Shown here in pieces: positions 1 through 11,920 of a stretch of DNA of 64,000 nucleotides (its first letter is position 1; every line of letters begins with the position of its first letter). The stretch lies in the NCBI RefSeq assembly GCF_000143415.4, contig NW_003314267.1:3679138-3743137 (forward strand). The letters are read 5' to 3'. Made by a program: the position numbers and the translations under genes. The notes under the pieces were generated by a model. It was not told the DNA's origin. It worked only from the letters and a program-made list of their open reading frames with translations, and ran no database searches. Source of the DNA: Selaginella moellendorffii. Lineage: Eukaryota; Plantae; Lycopodiophyta.

Positions 1-439
<439 letters not shown>

Positions 440-676
440 AAACGAAAGATCAAGCTATCAACCAAGAGAAAAAAAAGAAAAATTCTTTGGGATCAAACGA
501 CTCACAAGATAGATAGACTGTTCGTGAATAATTCTTGGCGCTATTCCTCCTGTACAAAGCTTTATCGTGATGGTCTTTCCTTTATCTTTCTTAACCATGT
601 AAAGCAACCGATACTAGCATATTCTGTCACTGGAAGGAACATTTCGTCAGAGTGCCGTAGATGAATATTCTCCCGG

Positions 677-725
677 CAACGGCTACAATTTACTTGTGGC
701 CGTTCACAGTGGTCCGAGCTTATAA
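677..725 (+). promoter_or_regulatory. MSA-like (MYB3R) elements and TATA-like box of cyclin B
   Basis: CAACGGCTA at 677-685 and inverted TGAACGGCCA at 697-706, then TTATAA at 720-725. AACGG-core MSA elements are the established G2/M elements of plant B-type cyclin promoters. Confidence 0.65.
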
Positions 726-819
726 TTCTATTGTGTGTGTTCTAGGGCTCCTCCTCGTTTCTCTCTCTCTCTCTCGCCATAGCCAGGGCTCCCATCCATC
801 GATCGATCAGGCAAAGAAG

Positions 820-2386
820 ATGCAGACGCGAAGCCGGCGAGCTCTTGGCGACATCGGCAATCTCGTGCGGCCTCCGCCGCAGCAAGGCGCGGAGCTGAGC
901 AAGCCGCCGCTCACCAGGCGCCGGGCGCAAGCAATCAAGGCCGCTGGCGCCGGCGCCGCGGCAGTGAAGCCCCCGGTCCCGACGCTGCCTATCCGGAAGG
1001 AAAAGGAGCCAACGCTCACAGCGCAGCTCACTGCTCGTAGCGAGGTATGCTAATTTCCTTTGTCGCATCGTTTCCTTCCATGGATCTTCTTCGTTTCCTT
1101 TCTTCACTGGAATTTTTTCCTTCGTGGTTTTGCTGGATCAATGCTTGATCGATTCTTCGTTTTTCCCTGGCAGGCAGCATGCGGATTCGACGCGGAGATG
1201 GTGGACGCTACCTCTACGCCCGTCGCCGAGGAGCCTCTTCCAAACATCGACGAGCACGACGTGGGGAATCAATTGGCGGTCACGGACTACGTCGAGGATA
1301 TCTACAGCTTCTATCGCAAGGCCGAGGTACAGAGCTGTGCGGCGCCCGAGTATATGAAGCAGCAACCGGAGATCAACGATAAGATGCGCGCGATACTCGT
1401 CGACTGGTTGATCGAGGTGTGTGAAAACTCTACTCTCTCATTTGTTCTTCTTCTTTGTGCTAGAGAGTTCTTATCTGTGATAGAGATCTCATGGCGTGAT
1501 GGCTTTTCTTGTTCTTTCGCAGGTCCATCTCAAGTTTAAGCTCATGCCGGAAACACTCTACCTCACGATCAACATCATCGACCGCTACCTCTCGCTACAG
1601 CAAGTCTCGAGAAAGTATCTCCAGCTCGTCGGAGTGACTTCGATGCTTATCGCGGCCAAGTACGAGGAAGTTTGGGCCCCTGTGGTTGGCGACTTTGTAT
1701 TTATTTCCGATGATGCCTACACCGATGATCAATTACTGTCCATGGTACGTACTCGAGAATTTGGCTTTAGATCTGCTTGCTGAACTCTTCTTTTCTTCTT
1801 TTCTTGTTCTTCATCTCAGGAAAAGAAGATGCTCAACACGCTGCGTTTCAACCTGACTGTTCCGACGCCTTACGTATTCGTGGTGCGTTTTCTCAAAGCA
1901 GCTGCCTCCGACCGACAGGTGAATTGGTCTTTCTTCCAGGCAAACTCAAAAGCTCTGGCTGACTTGCAATGAACAGATGAACTTGCTCGCCTTCTTCTTT
2001 GTGGAGCTCTGCCTTACGGAGTACGTGATGCTCAAGTACCCTCCATCGATGCTAGCTGCCGCTGCCGTGTACGCGGCTCAATGCTGCCTGGAGAAATCCC
2101 CGGCCTGGACCTCAGCGCTCCAGCGTCACTCGGGCTACACAGAGGATCAAATCAGGTACTTCTCTTCGCCCTGCCGGTGTCTCTCTCTTTTCGAGTTCTT
2201 AGAAGTGGTTCTCTGTTTGTTACTTACTACAGGGAATGCGCCACGCATATGGCACGCTTCCACCAGAAAGTCTCCAAGACTCCCGAGGAGCACTTGTCCG
2301 TGGTGGGAAGGAAGTACTTGCACACGAAGTTTGGGACGGTGGCCGCATTGACGCCCCCGAAATCGCTACTGCTGCTCCCGCAATGA
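820..2386 (+). CDS. CYCB: B-type (mitotic) cyclin, multi-exon
   Basis: N-terminal destruction box RRALGDIGN; cyclin box MRAILVDWLIEVH, ETLYLTINIIDRYL, LQLVGVTSMLIAAKYEE across short introns. Confidence 0.95.
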
Positions 2387-2802
2387 GGCTAAGTTAAAGG
2401 AAGGAAATCTCCCCCAGTCACACAAGTGAGGTAACTCTCTCTGGATTTTTTTTGTTAGATCGAAAGACGTTTGAGAGCATTCCTTTTTAACGGTAATGTT
2501 TGCGACAGTGGTGACAGACAACGCTCGAAAAGTCGTCACACGCGAACGAGAGAGGAGGAAAGCTCAAACAAAGAACAAAAGAAAAGAAGAGGAGAAGCCG
2601 CGCTGCTTAAGCTACTGGCTTGCTGCTGTAAGTAGAGAGATAGATCATAGATGATAGAGTGAGAGAAGATCATTGAGAGAAATCTTTACAGTCCCTTGAG
2701 CGCTCGCAAAGAGAGAGAGCATGGAGGCCATCGACATTGATTGTCATTTTTAAAAGCTATTTAAATCTATCTTATTTGTTCGCAAAGAAAGAGAGAGATT
2801 GG

Positions 2803-3452
2803 CTATGGTGGTGGTGGTGGCGCCGCTGGTGGTGGAGGAGGAATAGTGGCGTTGGATGATGAAGGCACCGCCGCTGCTCCCGCCGCTCCTTTGCCGCTGC
2901 TACCGCCGCCTTTCTTCTTGGCAGGAGGAGCTTTGTTCTTGTTTCCAAAGATGTTCTTCTCACGCGCGGCGGCCTCGGCGTACTCTGTGAAGCTGTCCCT
3001 CCGCCGGTGGAACTCGTAGGATTTCTTGTCAAGCTGAAAGATAGACGATGGATCGCACTGGTAAGAAGAGCTTTCGATCGATCGGATCGGATGATTGATC
3101 CAATAGATCGATTGAAAACGAGAAACAAGCTAGGATAATTGGGGGAGAAGTAATCACCAGTTCTGGCTTGTACTGGAAATTCTCGTGCGTGAAGCTGATG
3201 GGTTGCCGCTTGGGGATCACGTAGCCGGCATTATGCTTCTTCCAGAGATTCTGCAAGCGCGAGGATCGATCGATCCGGGAAGGGGATTTCCCGGACGATC
3301 ACTGCTGCAGGGTTTTACAGGGGTTTTGGCGAGAAATCTAGACTTACGATGGAGAGCTCCCTCACGAGCTTGCACGTTGCCTCGTTGCGCGTCGTCCACG
3401 CGTTGGCGATGACGGGCTTGCGCTCCTCGCCCTTCTTCTCATCCCCGGCCAT
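2803..3452 (-). CDS. Uncharacterised 142-aa protein, 3 exons (not recovered as one ORF in the track)
   Basis: Exons 3452-3348, 3250-3158 and 3033-2803 with phase-0 GT-AG introns give MAGDEKKGEERKPVIANAWTTRNEATCKLVRELSI-NLWKKHNAGYVIPKRQPISFTHENFQYKPEL-LDKKSYEFHRRRDSFTEYAEAAAREKNIFGNKNKAPPAKKK...PPPPP*. Confidence 0.8.
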
Positions 3453-3656
3453 CGCGCGGGATTTTAGAGCTGCGAGAAGGCCACATCACGCGCCAACGGT
3501 CGCCACGGCGGCAAAGAGACGTGCCACCTGTATGCCATAAAGCCGTACACGTGGTGGCCTAGCAGCCGTTGGATATCGATAGATTTGCTAGAACCCTAAG
3601 CCGCCGAGAGTGAGGAACCCTAGCGGCGTCGGAGCGAGTAGGCGAGGCGCGATCCC
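3453..3656. promoter_or_regulatory. Short bidirectional promoter between the 142-aa gene and RPL7A
   Basis: About 200 bp between divergent ATGs. CCAACGGTC at 3493-3501, G-box CACGTG at 3548-3553, inverted TCCAACGGCT at 3564-3573, telo-box AACCCTAA at 3592-3599. Confidence 0.55.
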
Positions 3657-4837
3657 ATGGTAAGCTCAGTGCGATCGAATCGGTCCTAGCTCGCATTTCT
3701 TACGCTGGCAATGCAGGCTCCAAAGCGGGCAGGAGGGAAATCGGCCGTGGCGGCGGCGCCTGAGAAGAAGAAGGTGAGTCGAGAGGATGGTGATTTTGCT
3801 GGAGCTGAGGGTTTTCTTCTCGGGCTGTATAGGCGGAGAAGGTTTCAAATCCGCTGTTCGACAGGAGACCGAAGCAATTTGGCATCGGTGGTGCTCTGCC
3901 GCCGAAGAAGGATCTCCACCGCTTCGTCAAATGGCCAAAGTATGTGAGGATCCAGAGGCAGAAGCGTGTCCTCAACCTCCGATTGAAGGTTCCGCCGACG
4001 CTCAACCAGTTCACGAAGACTCTTGACAAGCATATGGGTGAGATTTTACTGCAATCTTCCTCTTTTCTCTAGCTCTCGTGGATTGATCTTCGTTCTTCTG
4101 TTTTGGTCGTCAGCTACCTCACTGTTTAAGATGCTACTGAAGTACAGGCCCGAGGACAAGGCCGCCAAGAAGGAGAGGCTGCTCAAGAGAGCCGAGGCTG
4201 AGAAAGAGGGCAAGGCGATCGATTCGAAGAAGCCTTTGGTCGTCAAGTATGGACTGAATCACGTAACTTACCTCATCGAACAGGTAGGAGTTTTCTCGTT
4301 TTTTATCCTGGATCTGGTTCTTACTCCTCCCTTCACATCGTTCTTCGTTTTTTTCCTCCACAGGGTAAAGCGCAGCTGGTTGTGATCGCCCATGATGTGG
4401 AGCCGATCGAGCTCGTGCTTTGGCTGCCGGCCCTGTGCAGAAAGATGGGCGTTCCATACGCAATTGTCAAGGGCAAGGCTCGGCTCGGTGCGGTGAGTGA
4501 TCTTCTCCCGGTTTCTAGCACTCCAGTTTCTCACACTCTTCCGTCTCAGATCGTTCACTCTAAGACTGCTACCTGCCTGTGCCTCACATCCGTCAAGAAC
4601 GAGGACAAGCACGAGTTCAGCAAGATCGTCGAGAGCGTCAAGGTCTGGATCTTTTTCTCTCGTTTTGCTGTGATCCTCATCACCACTTCTTCGTGCTCCA
4701 AATAGGCCAACTTCAACGATCGCTTCGACGAGTTCCGGAAGCAGTGGGGCGGTGGCGTCATGGGTGTCAAGTCCCAGGCCAAGCTCAAAGCCAAGGAGAG
4801 GCTAATGGCCAAGGAAGCTGCCCAGAGAATGTCCTAG
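3657..4837 (+). CDS. RPL7A: 60S ribosomal protein L7a (eL8)
   Basis: ATG-only first coding exon (3657-3659), then APK..., [77 protein letters not shown]. Confidence 0.97.
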
Positions 4838-4981
4838 AGAAGAAAATATAACTTTGGCACGTACTTTTTTGTCCACCACCTTTTTTGAAGCTTAATCTAA
4901 AGCCCTAATATGGTCTACTATGATTTATGATTAGGGTTCTTCCAAGATTAGGGGTTTGGGAATCTACCACCTTTTCCAACG

Positions 4982-5680
4982 ATGGGAGAACCCAGGAATG
5001 ATGCAGACATCCAGGCTTGGATCGATGCCATGGATGCTGCACTGGAGAGGATTGGGGACAACAAAGGGCCAGTTTTTGTAACGGATGGAGTGCCCAGGGA
5101 TAGATTTCTCAAGATGTACATGGAGACCCGGGCATACAAGCGAAACATGCTGTGGAAGTCTGGATCGCTGTGGATCCAGGCCGATAACACGGATCATCAC
5201 GAACAGGTAAGGTGCTGGCTCTCCGCCAAGCTGCAACTGGAATTCCAGCGGCTGGGGATCGTGTTCCTCGGGAGGAATCGCCAGGTCTCGCTCTCTCAGG
5301 GGGGATTGATGGAGATTGGCGACGATCGCTGCCAGCAAGTGGATGTCTCCGTGCTGGAGAAAGATAGCAGCGAGCGAAAGGTGGTCTTGGCGGCGCAAGT
5401 TGTGTATAAGAACGAGGATCCACGGGCTGTTTTCGATGATATGGAGGTGCTGGTTAGCGAGCGAGGCGGCGCAAAGGTTGCTTTGGGGATTGTTGTGCAC
5501 GAGCGAGATCCTTGCGTTGTGTACTACCGGGACAGGAAGTCGGCCGAGACGCAAGTGATCCAAGCGATCGATGGAACCGTCCTGAGATTCAAGTGGGAAG
5601 AACTTTTTGATAAAGTTCATGTCCAAGGAGAGACTGCTCTAGATCTGGGATTGCTCACGGATCACGCAACTTCCGTCTAG
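4982..5680 (+). CDS. Intronless 232-aa protein, probable degenerate Uma2-like PD-(D/E)XK-fold protein
   Basis: Clean ATG-to-stop ORF preceded by telo-boxes. Motif order GSLWI..HHEQV...QQVDVSV...VVLAAQVVYKNED resembles the Uma2/REase pattern H...PD.S...hhEV.yS. Family call by eye only. Confidence 0.55.
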   Translation: MGEPRNDADIQAWIDAMDAALERIGDNKGPVFVTDGVPRDRFLKMYMETRAYKRNMLWKSGSLWIQADNTDHHEQVRCWLSAKLQLEFQRLGIVFLGRNRQVSLSQGGLMEIGDDRCQQVDVSVLEKDSSERKVVLAAQVVYKNEDPRAVFDDMEVLVSERGGAKVALGIVVHERDPCVVYYRDRKSAETQVIQAIDGTVLRFKWEELFDKVHVQGETALDLGLLTDHATSV

Positions 5681-5877
5681 ATTTCCAATCGAGTTTTAAC
5701 TTTCTTTCTTTGTAGACGCCAACGATCGCTAGATCCATGATCTTCTATAGCAGTTTTCCCGCATAGAATACAATCACTCTTAACACTATCGCTAAAGAGA
5801 GAACGAAGAACTTACGAGATGTTTGATGCTGTATATATTTGGCGGTGGAGATTATTTCTTTCTTGGTACAGTGCTTG

Positions 5878-7601
5878 CTACCTAGTGCGGCCCCGTCTCC
5901 TCAAGAAGCTAGGAATCTCTAGCGTGGCTCCACCATTGTTTCCCAACGGCGATGCGATGGAAGGTTTGCTACGTGGGCTTGGGCGAGTGAGTTGCTGCCA
6001 AAGCTTGAGATATCAGGACACTAGAAAGCAGCAGATGCGAAGAACTTACTTGCACGTCTGGTTCTTCTTGCGACTTGAATCCAGTTGCAATAAGCGTGAT
6101 GCTCACCTGGTCAAAGGATGGAATTATGATACCTATGTTGCACAAGCAAACTTACATGACCGTTGAAGGAATCGTCGACAACAGCACCGAATATAAGATT
6201 TGCATTCGGGTCTACAAGATCGTATATAACCTCTGCTGCCGCGTTCACCTGTTTATGAAATGGTTGCAACATAAAAAGAAGAAAACTAAAGCGTACCTCA
6301 AACAGGGTCATATCGGTTCCTCCAGTGATGTTCCATACAATGCCAGTGGCACGCTCAATTCCCACATCGAGTAACGGCGACTGGATGGCATTCAGAGCGG
6401 CGTCTCTGGCCCTGGACTTCCCTGTAAGTTTGTCTCTAGCTCTAAGAAAGAAAACAGCAATGCATCAAGACGCAGCACCTGTGGCAGTTCCAATTCCCAT
6501 GAGCGACGACCCAGCATTGGCCATGATGGCACGAACATCCGCGAAATCAACATTCACTAGTCCAGGGATCTGAAAAACAAACCAAAAGTTAGCGAGAAAC
6601 CTTTACTTTGGAAAAGTTCAATCACCGTTATAATGTCCGAAATACCACGGACACCTTGCCTCAGGATATCATCCGCAAGGTTGAAAGCCTCGGTCACAGG
6701 CGTGGACTGGGACACGGCAGTCAAGAGCTTGTCGTTTGGAATGGTGATCAGAGTGTCCACATTGTTCTTCAGCAGAGCCGTTGCCTCTTGTGCCTGTATC
6801 GATCTTCGACGGCCCTCAAACGAGAAAGGAGTGGTAACAATACCAACTGTGAGCACTCCCAGCTCCTTGGCCACTCCCGCAATCACTGGAGCCGCTCCAC
6901 TGCCAGTACCACCACCCATCCCAGCCTGAAAAGCTTGACGAAATCAGCACAAGCAGACACAGGAAGAACACACAACTTACAGTGACGAACACCATGTCCG
7001 CTCCACGAACAGCTTCCTCGACTATGGCTTTGCTTTCTTCCGCGGCGCTCATGCCAATCTCCGGGTTTCCACCAGCACCCAATCCTCTCGTGAGCTTCTG
7101 TCCAATCTGTAGCCTGTTTTGCGCTGGAACTGGCGACATCGCCATCGCCTGTGCGTCCGTGTTGACGATCCAAAACTCCACGCCTTTCATCTCGCTCTGC
7201 ACCATCCGGTTGACGGCATTGGATCCACCACCGCCCACTCCAATGACTTTGATCTTGGCCTCGTTAAATCTCTCCATCTCCAAGTTTCCTTCCCAGGAGA
7301 CCGATGTAGAGGAATTCCCCGTGCCGCTGCTGCTGTTCGCGAGCTCGCGCGACGAAAACTCCGACCTGGAGGTCGCCAGAGCACCTCCATCACGATCCCA
7401 CTCCAGATCCCAGCTCGGGGATGCTGCTGCCGACGAATACGAGCATTGGAATGCAGGTCTGCTCCTGCTGGCGATCAAAGACCTACGCCTGGCTCTAGTG
7501 CCGATCGCGAGCTGTGTGCCCTGCTCCCCCAATTTTCTTGGAGAAAGGAGGTCAGTGCCGGGCAGAGAAGACGAGGACGCTGAGATTACCGCAAGAGCCA
7601 T
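5878..7601 (-). CDS. FTSZ2: Plastid division protein FtsZ2
   Basis: Ser-rich transit peptide; [42 protein letters not shown]; C-terminal core peptide [10 protein letters not shown] typical of FtsZ2. Confidence 0.96.
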
Positions 7602-7799
7602 GGCGATCCACCTCTCGAACAAGATTCTAGCCTACAGCAGCGTGATCCCTACCACAATTCGACGAAATGCGGGCGCGTGATCGCCTCCAGCTCCCCGCCA
7701 TCGCCCCAGGAACCCTAAACCTCTTTTCAAGAGGAATCTTTAACTTATCCGCTGGGAATCTATCCTGCCATCGCGATCGTTCATTGATTTAAAAACTCC

Positions 7800-7823
7800 T
7801 GGCCGTCCATCATACAACGGCAA
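7800..7823 (+). promoter_or_regulatory. MSA-like element upstream of kinesin-14 (divergent from FtsZ2)
   Basis: CAACGG at 7815-7820 plus a variant GGCCGTCC, about 140 bp upstream of the ATG. Fits G2/M regulation of mitotic kinesins. Confidence 0.4.
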
Positions 7824-7955
7824 CCTTCCCGCTGGAATTTTGAAAACCAGAGTATCGTTCAAAGAATATTCTCGCCCTAGCAGGAGGCGAGTGTTCTTCG
7901 CTCCCCATGAGCTCTTCATCTTGATCTCGAGGCGGGGAGCTGAAAGATTGGAGGA

Positions 7956-10900
7956 ATGAAGGCGGCGATTCCATCGGCGAGGCTGCGCGAGCGGGATTCG
8001 TCAAATGTATGTGTCGATTTGAATTTCTCGTGTTCCCTGATCGTGGCGCTGTGCTGCAGAAGGAGAATGAGCCGGATGTGCCGGCTGGGAAGAAGCGTAA
8101 GCTCGGAATTTCAAGGGAGCCAGCAGCTAGAGCTCCGCGAGAAACCCTATCGGCGCTCAATGTACCCAGAGAGTCCATCGCTTCCATTCAGGCAAGCAGC
8201 GTTCCAGCAGTCCCATCGACTGTCAGCTCGGGCCAAGTGGAATGGGAAGGAGTGGCTCGTATGGCCAGTGACGAAGTGGAGGCTTTGCTTAATACGAAAA
8301 TGGCTGGGAAATCTAAGTTCGACCTCAAGGTACGATTTTTTCTTCTCTTTTTCTTCGCTTTGTCACACCTATTTTCTGCCGTGTGATCGTCAGGGAAGGA
8401 ACGAGAAAATGATGGAGTACATAAAAAATCTAAGGACGTGCATTCGCCAGTTTTTACAAGTAGAGAGTGTCTATGTAATGCAGCAGGAACAGGCCCAGAA
8501 TCAGATCAAGGAAGAGAAGCAACGGCACGAAGAATCAGGTAAGTCTCTTATGTTGTGTTCCAGAGCAAGCAAGTTGAGATGTTTTCTTTTTAACAGAGCA
8601 AAAGATGTCCGCTAAGTATGGTGAATTGGAGGCTAAACTCGTAGAGGCTCGGCAACAATATGATAGACTTGTAGGACAGTTTCAGAAGCTAGAAACTGAG
8701 AAGCAGGTTGGAATCAATTCACGCTGATTTCTGGTTAATATCATGTTCAATAACTCAGGAACTTTCACTGGCTCACGCAAAGGATGTGGAGGCGCTGGAA
8801 GTAGCTTCAGAAGAACGCACGAAGTTGAATGAAGAGATTGACAAACTTCAAAAAGAAGTCGCCCAGTGTAATCATCAGGTTAGAGATATTTCTTACTCCT
8901 TGGTTGTTGCTAAATAGCAATCTCTGTTCTTTCAGCTGGGAACAGCGCAGGACGTGAACAGGCGATTGCAGGAGTATAACACGAGTTTGCAGCTTTATAA
9001 CAGTAAACTACAAAGTGACGCGGCTTTGGCTACCGAAGAAAACGCTAAGACGCAGAAAGAGAAGGCAGCTATTGTGGAAACCTTGGGCGCCTTGCGTGGA
9101 AATTATGCTGGTTTACAAACTCAACTCGAAACAGCAAAGGTAGGTCCCTTAAGATTGTTAAAGATTTTGCGTTCAACGTGCTTGTTGCAGGATGCTTTGC
9201 AAGCTGAAACGGCCAAGATGAAGTCAATAAATGACGAACTTTCTCTTTTGCGGGCGGAGCTCCTTCGTGTTTCAGAAGAAAGGGACAACTATTACCATCA
9301 GGTTCAGGCATTGTCAGCTGAAAATGCAGCAATCAGGGAAAAAACTTCAACATCTGCCGCTGAGATTATGCGCTTCACGAGCAAGGCAGAAGCGTTGGAG
9401 GTATTTAAGACGTTCTTTTACGTACTTCATAGTAACCCTTTGTTCAGGAAAGCTACGACAAGCAAGCGGAGCAGATCAGACTCCTTCAAAAACAACTCAA
9501 CCGGTCGAAGGAGATGCTAGAGGTAAAATGTATGCTGCTTCTATCTACTTAAGCTGATGGATCAGGTTGCGGAAAAATCATTGTCTTTCGAGAGGATTGG
9601 GAGCAGTGAATATATGTCAAAAATTGAAGCCCTTGAGAACAAACTTGCTGACGCAGAGCAGCAGCTCCGTGAGGGAGAGATGTTGCGGCGCAAGCTTCAT
9701 AACACCATCCAGGTTCGCACTTTTCTGTTTTTATCACCTAAGGCAAACAGTGATGTTACAGGAGCTGAAGGGGAACATTCGTGTATTCTGTAGAGTAAGA
9801 CCACTTTTACCCGATGAAAACGACGAATCATCGACTCTGATCAGCTATCCAGGCGAGGAGGGAATTGAGCTACACCAGGCTCAAGGTAAATTTATCTGTA
9901 TACATGCAGCTGCTTATCTGTTTCTTTAGGCCAAACATACTCGTTTTCTTTTGACAAAACTTTTGGACCCGACGTTTCTCAGAGAGACGTGTTTACTGAG
10001 ATTTCACAGCTCGTTCAAAGCGCCTTGGATGGCTATAAGGTAACACCTTTTCTTTTGTTGGCATTCTCTGTTTACCTTGTCCTTGTAGGTTTGCATATTT
10101 GCGTATGGCCAAACTGGATCGGGCAAGACACACACTATGATTGGACAGCCAGATGACATGGACCAGAAGGGTGTGATTCCCAGGTCTTTAGAGCAGATCT
10201 TTCAGTGCAGCCAAGCACTTCGTTCGCAAGGATGGAGCTTCAAAATGCAGGTCAGCACAAAGTTTGTTTCTTTTCGTAGTGGGGCGATTTATTCGTTCTT
10301 TTTCCAGGCTTCACTTCTTGAGATTTATAATGAAACTATAAGAGATCTTCTTGCGCCGTCAAAAAGCGTGGGTGGGGACACGACCCCAGCAAAGCAGCAC
10401 GCAATAAAGCACGAGCCAACTGGGAATACCGTTGTGACCGAGCTTACTGTCGTGGAAGTTAACAGCTGGGAAGAAGTGTCATCCCTTTTGAGGCAAGCTG
10501 CACAAAGCAGGTAAAAGAAATTTGGTTTGGCAATCTCTCGGTAGCAGACTGACCGAGCTGTATCATTGGCAGGACTGTAGGGAAAACAGCTATGAACGAC
10601 AGGTCCTCTCGAAGCCATTGTGTATTCACGCTGCGGATCATAGGATCGAATGAGGTAGTCATTGTTTTCACTGATACGAAGAATGATTTCTTTCTTTGTG
10701 TGTGTGTGTAGAATACTGAGCAACAGGTACAAGGAGTTCTCAACCTGATCGACTTGGCTGGAAGCGAGCGCCTCTCGAAAAGCGGCTCCACCGGCGAACG
10801 CCTGAAGGAAACACAGGTACTAATCCAAGTTTGCGAGTATTACTCTAACAAGAGCGAATCACTGTCGCGCAGGCCATAAACAAGAGCTTGTCTAGCCTCG

Positions 10901-11197
10901 GAGACGTGATCCTTGCGATTGCAAACAAAGACCCTCACATCCCATATAGAAACTCAAAGCTGACTTATCTTCTCCAGGTAAACTCTTACATACATTTGTG
11001 CAAGTGCTTACTGTGTGATCAAAACGCAGCCTTGCCTTGGTGGCGACTCGAAGACGCTGATGTTCGTGAATATCTCCCCCGACTCCAAATCACTCCATGA
11101 GTCGCTGTGCTCGCTGCGGTTTGCAGCCAAGGTGAATGCATGCGAGATTGGAGTTCCCAGGAGGTACACGAGCAGCAGGCCTCAAATTAGCTGTTGA
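7956..11197 (+). CDS. Kinesin-14A (C-terminal motor; ATK1/ATK5/Ncd-like), multi-exon
   Basis: N-terminal tail with KKRK, long coiled coil, neck [24 protein letters not shown]-loop [46 protein letters not shown]. Confidence 0.95.
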
Positions 11198-11804
11198 AGC
11201 TTTTGGTATTTTGTTGTCAAAGTTTTGCATTGACAAGAAGAAAAATTTATGTGGAACCAAACAAGAATATATATGGAAACCTTTGCCACCTTTTACTTGG
11301 ATTTTTTCAGATGGAGTACAAGCCGGCATGAAAGACTGATTGTAGAACTAACTAACGAAGATCAAGCTGTCAAGTTATTCGCTGTTAAGTTGGAACGGGA
11401 ATATGCTTGGTGGATGAGGAGTCTCTTCCCCAATATGTTACAACATATTGTCCATGAAGATGGAGAGACGCTTCCCAAGCTCACCAGAAAGGTTATGGAA
11501 ATTTATCCTTTGCAAATTCAAGCCAAGAAGCAGCTTGACTTCTCCTGCACGTTTTGCAAAAGATGATGATGAAGAAGACAATACAATTATATTTGAAAGC
11601 GAAGAAGTCTGAGTGTTTTTCTATATTCGATATATAATAAAAACCGATTTTGACTCATATCAGTTGTGTTAGTTGCGAGAACAACACAAGCTGATGTAGT
11701 ATGATTAAGTACCATCATACTACAGCAGATTGACTTGTAGCAACTAATACCGTTGCTCGCTTGCCCAGCATCAAGGCTCAGGCAGAGACTAGGGGGCAGC
11801 CCCT

Positions 11805-11920
11805 TTACCGAGATCCTCCCAGCAGGTCAACCAGGCATGCCAAATGGTATCCCCCAGCCTCCATCCCAAAGTCCTGGACCACTGCTCTTCCCAGCATCCC
11901 GGCATGGCTGCACGCCTTCT
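11805..11920 (-). pseudogene. PLS-PPR gene fragment in the left foldback arm (mirror copy at about 13010-13115, +)
   Basis: ACSHAGML...VQDFGMEAGGYHLACLVDLLG matches the L2/S2 PPR consensus ACSHAGL...M..DYG..P...HY.C.VDLLG. Confidence 0.75.

Noticed and set aside
4964-5626. 220-aa minus-strand ORF
   Set aside because: Antisense of the 4982-5680 ORF, which has the ATG start, telo-boxes and recognisable motif pattern.
6982-7680. 232-aa + strand ORF
   Set aside because: Antisense to FtsZ2 exon 1.
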